This document shows positions 53,681 through 57,639 of a DNA stretch of 57,639 bases, in pieces (within the stretch, counting starts at the first letter, position 1; every line of letters starts with the position of its first letter). The notes below the pieces were generated by a model. It had not been told where the DNA came from and made no database searches. It worked only from the letters and a program-made list of their open reading frames with translations. Origin of the DNA: a virus (Duplodnaviria > Caudoviricetes); IMG/VR virus record IMGVR_UViG_3300018083_000005, positions 1-57,639 of that record. The stretch is one strand, 5' to 3'. The position numbers were made by a program, and so were the translations under genes.

Positions 53681-53793
53681 TGTGGAGAGTGTACGGATCA
53701 GGTGAAATCCTGACGAGGCCAGTTTTCAGTCATGGGACGCAGGGCTTCAATCCTGCACGACGACGATTTAGACCTTGACGTACACTCTCCACA
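53681..53793 (-). ncRNA. structured intergenic RNA element with 15-bp closing stem
   Basis: TGTGGAGAGTGTACG...CGTACACTCTCCACA enclosing GCAGG/CCTGC and TCAGG/CCTGA hairpins. Confidence 0.6.
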
Positions 53794-53806
53794 CTTAATT
53801 GACTGT

Positions 53807-54814
53807 TTAGGCAGTCACGTCCGCGAGAACCTTCAAGACCACTTCATCCTCGGCACCATTCTTGCCGTTGATCAGGTTCTCCATATTCCTGACCTGACGC
53901 GGGACACCCTTCCGGATCGTGCCCATGTGAAGTCTCCACGTATTGTACGCGGCGCTGACTCCAAAGGCCGTACCCCTCCACGGTGCAACGCGCAGGTCAT
54001 TGTTGTACAGATTCACAATGTCCGCTCGCTTATGCTCAGCCTTGGTCATTGCGATCTTGCTAAGATCATCATTCACGGGAATCATGATCTGAAGGTGCTT
54101 GAGAAACTGCTCGTCAGACACCTTCCATGCTGTAAGGTTAGCAACCTCCTGAGCAAACTCGTCGGACATTTCATGCACGATCTGCAATGCCTCACGTGCA
54201 TCGTTAATCCGATAGCCTGAATACTTGGTATGCTTAACCTTGAACTGCTGACCCTCCTCGCCAAGCGCCATATCCCTAGTGTTATCACACACAACGTCTG
54301 TGCGAACACGCTTGAAGGTTGTGGCGAGCGTACCATCGAAACTGGTAGCCGCGAGAAGATTCGGGCGAAACTCCACGCCTTCCGGCGTAGTGATGTTCTC
54401 AGGAACCTCGACAGAAACCCATGCCTGACCGCCCATCCTGAGAAGACCCGCCGAACCGATGCCAAGATCATCGTCCAGAATGGTTGCAACATTCTCAAGC
54501 AGCCACTCCTGGTACTGATGACCCCGGTAGCCATCCTTGAAGACTCCGAGGACTACCCCGTTATCGTCACGGACGACAGCCTTGCGGCCGGGAATCTCCA
54601 CGTACTCGCCATTCTGCTTGCGAATGTACATGGGAGAATCCACAACCTCAAAGTTGAACAGACGACGTAGAACGTCGTCCACCGGAACCGGGCCGACATA
54701 ATGGTTTGACTCGATACCCTGAAGCTCCTGGCGATAGTGCCAAGCATTTCCACGCTTCTCGGTATAACCGATAAGAGTGTTCAGGTTGAGCCACTCCATT
54801 GACTCTCGGCTCAT
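53807..54814 (-). CDS. DUF932 / TIGR03299 phage-plasmid protein
   Basis: AWH, AVVRDD...LGV...Y..HQ, SAG-L-xG, TSFDG, VVCDNT, KHT, GTAFG motifs. Confidence 0.92.
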   Translation of the reverse strand: MSRESMEWLNLNTLIGYTEKRGNAWHYRQELQGIESNHYVGPVPVDDVLRRLFNFEVVDSPMYIRKQNGEYVEIPGRKAVVRDDNGVVLGVFKDGYRGHQYQEWLLENVATILDDDLGIGSAGLLRMGGQAWVSVEVPENITTPEGVEFRPNLLAATSFDGTLATTFKRVRTDVVCDNTRDMALGEEGQQFKVKHTKYSGYRINDAREALQIVHEMSDEFAQEVANLTAWKVSDEQFLKHLQIMIPVNDDLSKIAMTKAEHKRADIVNLYNNDLRVAPWRGTAFGVSAAYNTWRLHMGTIRKGVPRQVRNMENLINGKNGAEDEVVLKVLADVTA

Positions 54815-54850
54815 ACTTACCTCCCTTGAGTAGTTTGACCGTATGCTTTC

Positions 54851-54869
54851 ATTATAACATACGTGTCAA
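54851..54869 (-). promoter_or_regulatory. short-spacer promoter-like site TTGACA-N7-TATAAT
   Basis: TTGACAcgtatgtTATAAT, both hexamers perfect consensus. Confidence 0.8.
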
Positions 54870-54879
54870 GGGACAGTTT

Positions 54880-54998
54880 CTCACGCTGACCCCACTGAGG
54901 TACCGAGTGCCAGCCGATGCTGGTCGGGGTATAATTGCTCCCACCCGATACCTCAGTGCGGCCAGCGACCGCACACTCCCTGCGAACAGCCACAGGAG
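54880..54998 (-). ncRNA. candidate ~115-nt ncRNA with its own promoter
   Basis: 5' CUG-UUCG-CAG hairpin then a ~25-bp helix (54884-54967) whose G-U pairs work on the minus strand; no credible ORF. Confidence 0.65.
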
Positions 54999-55000
54999 CA

Positions 55001-55029
55001 ATCTTACCACAGTTTACCACTTGTGTCAA
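55001..55029 (-). promoter_or_regulatory. dual-spacing promoter: TTGACA-N7-TAAACT and TTGACA-N17-TAAGAT
   Basis: A 10-bp near-duplication GTGGTAAACT/GTGGTAAGAT provides a -10 at both spacings. Confidence 0.8.
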
Positions 55030-55033
55030 GTCT

Positions 55034-55219
55034 CTACTTGAGCTTGCTAAGTATCTGACCAAGCAGGTAAGCATCCTGACGGGCCTGATCACGAATAGGC
55101 CGCGCTGTGTGAGTATCACGGGCGACACTATCCTGATTCTTTTGCACCCACTGGATAGCGTCACGAACCTGATCAAACTCTGCAGGCGTAAAAGTTACGC
55201 TGATACGAGCTTCTGCCAT
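55034..55219 (-). CDS. small hypothetical protein
   Basis: MAEARISVTFTPAEF...; AAAGGA RBS. Confidence 0.75.
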   Translation of the reverse strand: MAEARISVTFTPAEFDQVRDAIQWVQKNQDSVARDTHTARPIRDQARQDAYLLGQILSKLK

Positions 55220-55285
55220 CTGAAATCCTTTCCTAAATGTTTGGGTTATTGAACGTGTGTAGCCGCGCCGCAAAGCAGTCGCTTA

Positions 55286-55354
55286 CTACGTGCGGCTAAT
55301 AGCTACCAGTATCCCTATAAAGACAAGCGCGAATACGAATACCAGGAACCACAT
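55286..55354 (-). CDS. 22-aa membrane peptide
   Basis: MWFLVFVFALVFIGILVAISRT; TAATG overlap. Confidence 0.55.
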   Translation of the reverse strand: MWFLVFVFALVFIGILVAISRT

Positions 55355-55602
55355 TAGTCCGCAATACCCTCAATATCAGGGGCGAGTAGGCCACTGATTT
55401 CGGCGGTATCATCGTAGTTAAACACGAACGGATGCTTGTATGCATCGGCCGCGTTACTAAACTCAAGACCCTCGTACAAAAACTTGGCCTGACCAGTATC
55501 GTCGTTAGTACACGTGACTGTAAACTTACCGCCCTTCACAGTCATACGCATAACAATACCAGGCCAGCCAAGCAGAGGGCGCTCTGCAAAAGTACCCTGC
55601 AT
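55354..55602 (-). CDS. hypothetical protein
   Basis: ACCAAGGGAG RBS. Confidence 0.8.
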   Translation of the reverse strand: MQGTFAERPLLGWPGIVMRMTVKGGKFTVTCTNDDTGQAKFLYEGLEFSNAADAYKHPFVFNYDDTAEISGLLAPDIEGIAD

Positions 55603-55627
55603 AACTTCTCCCTTGGTAGGTTACTAC

Positions 55628-55963
55628 TTAGATAGAAATGGCGTATGGTTTCTTGATGATGGTAGGTTGCCACTCATCATAGAGTGATACCCATGTTTCA
55701 TGGATGAATGTCTCTTTGGAATCCTCATACTTTTCACGCTTTTGGAACACCCATCCGACAGCAATAACACCATCGTTAGTATCCTGGTAGACTTTGGATA
55801 CGCAACGTCCGTGTTCCTTCTGCGATGCGCGGAAGATATCTCCTACGGTTGCATCCTCACCCATATAGGTATCGGCAAGGTCTTGAACCAGAGGCTCACA
55901 CATGTGATAACGCTTTTCCTCGTTTCCGTTTTCTTGCATGATATGATTTTCGACAATCTTCAC
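55628..55963 (-). CDS. hypothetical phage protein
   Basis: GRCVSKVY...VGWVFQKR..YED...ETWV; start at GTGA overlap. Confidence 0.8.
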   Translation of the reverse strand: MKIVENHIMQENGNEEKRYHMCEPLVQDLADTYMGEDATVGDIFRASQKEHGRCVSKVYQDTNDGVIAVGWVFQKREKYEDSKETFIHETWVSLYDEWQPTIIKKPYAISI

Positions 55964-56193
55964 TCGATCACACCCTTGTATTCGGTTGCGATTGACCATC
56001 CGTCTGTGCCATACCAGTCGATATAACCACGCTTCTCGTCACGTTCGGGGATGGTCATATGGTAGTAAATCTTGATGGAATCAAAGTGTGTCTTACCCTT
56101 CAATGACAATCCCGATGGATATTCGATGGTACGAATATCCACGTTCTTATCATCGAGGTACTCGACAAGTCTTTTACGCTGCTCGCCTGTCAT
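55960..56193 (-). CDS. hypothetical protein
   Basis: MTGEQRKRL...; GGGAGG RBS, ATGA overlap. Confidence 0.75.
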   Translation of the reverse strand: MTGEQRKRLVEYLDDKNVDIRTIEYPSGLSLKGKTHFDSIKIYYHMTIPERDEKRGYIDWYGTDGWSIATEYKGVIE

Positions 56194-56777
56194 GCTGCGA
56201 AGTCCTCCCTTGAATAGCCCCACTCGCTAATCATACGCTCTTGTTCTGCGGGGTCGTTGCACTTACATGATCCATCGGCACGGTAGTGATCCGGCGAGAT
56301 AATCACGTGCGGACATGACATGATATCAGACTGTTTCATCTGATACTGTGAAACTCCCGCATGGTTCGACAAGTCTACTAGCCAGTCACCTTCATGACAC
56401 TTGCAGATTGAGTTCGCATACGCGGGGTACATCATGCTTCCCACGTTGCGGTATCCAGTCTCCTCAAACTTATTCTCAAAGTCCTCGGAACCTTTGTAGT
56501 CTGCCCACATAGTCTTGATACGGGCATCCGGTTCACGCTTGAAGATTGCACGCATGAAATCTCGGTGTCCGTGCCAACAAACGGCATACACTCTACGATC
56601 AGGACTAAATCCCGATGCGGAAGTTCGCTGGTAGATATGGTTACCATTCCTCTTTTCTCCAGCCGGGCGTAGCGTAAATCTCAGTGCTCGCCCATCCTCA
56701 CGCATGCTGTAGAGTGACACGCTGACTTCATCTGCGATGATCTGCAGTTGAGTCTCGTTCACTCTCCATACTTTCAT
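56190..56777 (-). CDS. hypothetical phage protein
   Basis: CWHGHRDFM and CPH-I..P-HYR-DGSC-CND motifs; TACCAAGGGAGGTA RBS. Confidence 0.85.
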   Translation of the reverse strand: MKVWRVNETQLQIIADEVSVSLYSMREDGRALRFTLRPAGEKRNGNHIYQRTSASGFSPDRRVYAVCWHGHRDFMRAIFKREPDARIKTMWADYKGSEDFENKFEETGYRNVGSMMYPAYANSICKCHEGDWLVDLSNHAGVSQYQMKQSDIMSCPHVIISPDHYRADGSCKCNDPAEQERMISEWGYSREDFAA

Positions 56778-56812
56778 GGTACCTCCCTTGGTAGATTTGT
56801 TTGCGCGTTTCA

Positions 56813-57225
56813 TTCAACGTGCCGCGCCCCACGTTATCTCCGTCTTTTTGGAGGGCCACTATCTCTAATACGGTGGTGTCCATATCCGAAGATATGTGCG
56901 GAATTCCATTCCCCATCCGCAGGTTCACGTATCAGAGGTTGCCATTATTCGGCATAGGGAGTCGGCTAGTGGTCATTTTTACGGTGTGCGTTTTGGACAC
57001 GCTACCAACCACGAAATCACGTTACTCCCTATGCACTCTTTGAATCCTGAGTGGTACTGATACTAGTAGGTTACGATCCTAGGTTCTCAGCCCTTTACAG
57101 TGCAGGATTCTATGAGATAGTAGGAACGGGCTGAGGTGAGTCGAACCCTTTATTTTGGCCCCGCCTAACCGTAGGCTTCCCTTCGTCGAGACAAACACCT
57201 ACTATCTCATGCAATCCAGCAAAGT
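56813..57225 (-). ncRNA. candidate large structured non-coding RNA (~410 nt)
   Basis: No credible ORF; three long closing stems (57112-57210, 57042-57110, 56952-57034) and five consecutive hairpins including C(UUCG)G at 56881-56896. Confidence 0.65.
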
Positions 57226-57228
57226 TAC

Positions 57229-57450
57229 TTATCGGTTTTCTTTGGTCATGTACTCACAGACACCATTCGTGAAGTCTGTATCACGTAGGTATCCGTAATC
57301 ATACAGTCCGTGCTTAAGAGGGACGCGGATTCTTGTGGGCATTCTAACCCACGTGCGTACCTTTCCATTCACGTACCATCGCGCTCCATCGCGTGAGTCT
57401 ATAAGACTCTCACGATACTGTAGTTCACGCGCTTCCTCTAGGGTAATCAT
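57229..57450 (-). CDS. hypothetical phage protein
   Basis: W-VNGKV-TW...R-RVPLK-GLY-YGY; GGAGG/GAGGA RBS. Confidence 0.85.
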   Translation of the reverse strand: MITLEEARELQYRESLIDSRDGARWYVNGKVRTWVRMPTRIRVPLKHGLYDYGYLRDTDFTNGVCEYMTKENR

Positions 57451-57539
57451 CGTTCCTCATCCTCCTTCACTATGGAAGTTGAGATTGTGTTGTTAGCCGA
57501 GTAGTCTAGTAGACTTAGCCACACAAAATAGTGCAGCAT
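57447..57539 (-). CDS. 30-aa hypothetical peptide starting within the terminal repeat
   Basis: GGGAGGT RBS; ATGA overlap with 57229-57450; links the left-end ORFs to the right end. Confidence 0.5.
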   Translation of the reverse strand: MLHYFVWLSLLDYSANNTISTSIVKEDEER

Positions 57540-57639
57540 GGTGTTACCTCCCAGGCTTATGACCGAAGATGGTACACAGTATGGCAACTAGCAGAATGTA
57601 CGCTAGTACCAGTACCAGCCCAATCATGGCCGACAAACG
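57517..57639. repeat. 123-bp direct terminal repeat (copy 2)
   Basis: Identical to 1-123. Confidence 0.97.

Noticed and set aside
53710-53717. Hammerhead ribozyme core CUGACGAG
   Set aside because: On the non-transcribed strand, sequestered in a hairpin, and no downstream GAAA in the required position.
57138-57147. tRNA gene suggested by GGUUCGACUC
   Set aside because: No acceptor, D or anticodon arms can be built around it.

Overview
The window is an apparently complete ~57.5 kb tailed dsDNA phage genome (siphovirus-like), circularly assembled. Bases 1-123 are repeated exactly at 57517-57639, and the small minus-strand ORFs there continue into the gene at 57229-57450. The left arm (+ strand, 2.5-32.2 kb) holds the virion and lysis genes: putative TerS, a ~7.5 kb fibre/appendage block, TerL, Mu-gp29-like portal, S49 protease-scaffold, decoration protein, major capsid, neck genes, tail tube, tail chaperones with a -1 frameshift, tape measure, tail tip proteins, three paralogous receptor-binding modules, NlpC/P60-type endolysin and holin-like proteins. 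The right arm (- strand, 32.4-57.5 kb and 0-1.3 kb) holds RuvC-like resolvase, UDG-fused family A DNA polymerase, RepB-primase/helicase, SSB, Sak4-like ATPase, Cas4-like exonuclease, SNF2 helicase, a secreted resuscitation-promoting factor (Rpf), HNH-AP2 nuclease, a DUF932 protein and many small early genes. I found no integrase, tRNA, CRISPR array or reverse transcriptase. The host is inferred to be an actinobacterium, possibly Thermoleophilia. The most unusual signals are regulatory: (1) ten promoter-like sites in which TTGACA lies only 7 bp, not 17 bp, from a -10-like hexamer, coexisting with ordinary 17-bp promoters; (2) a conserved RBS tag CCAAGGGAG(GT) on right-arm genes plus a separately promoted ~85-nt RNA whose 5' hairpin is its reverse complement; (3) several long-stem structured RNAs, including a ~410-nt one; (4) an rpf gene whose signal peptide needs a non-canonical start codon; (5) three unrelated small proteins sharing an N-terminal LFExISxDE[FW] motif. 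All calls come from reading the sequence by eye; no searches or folding programs were run.
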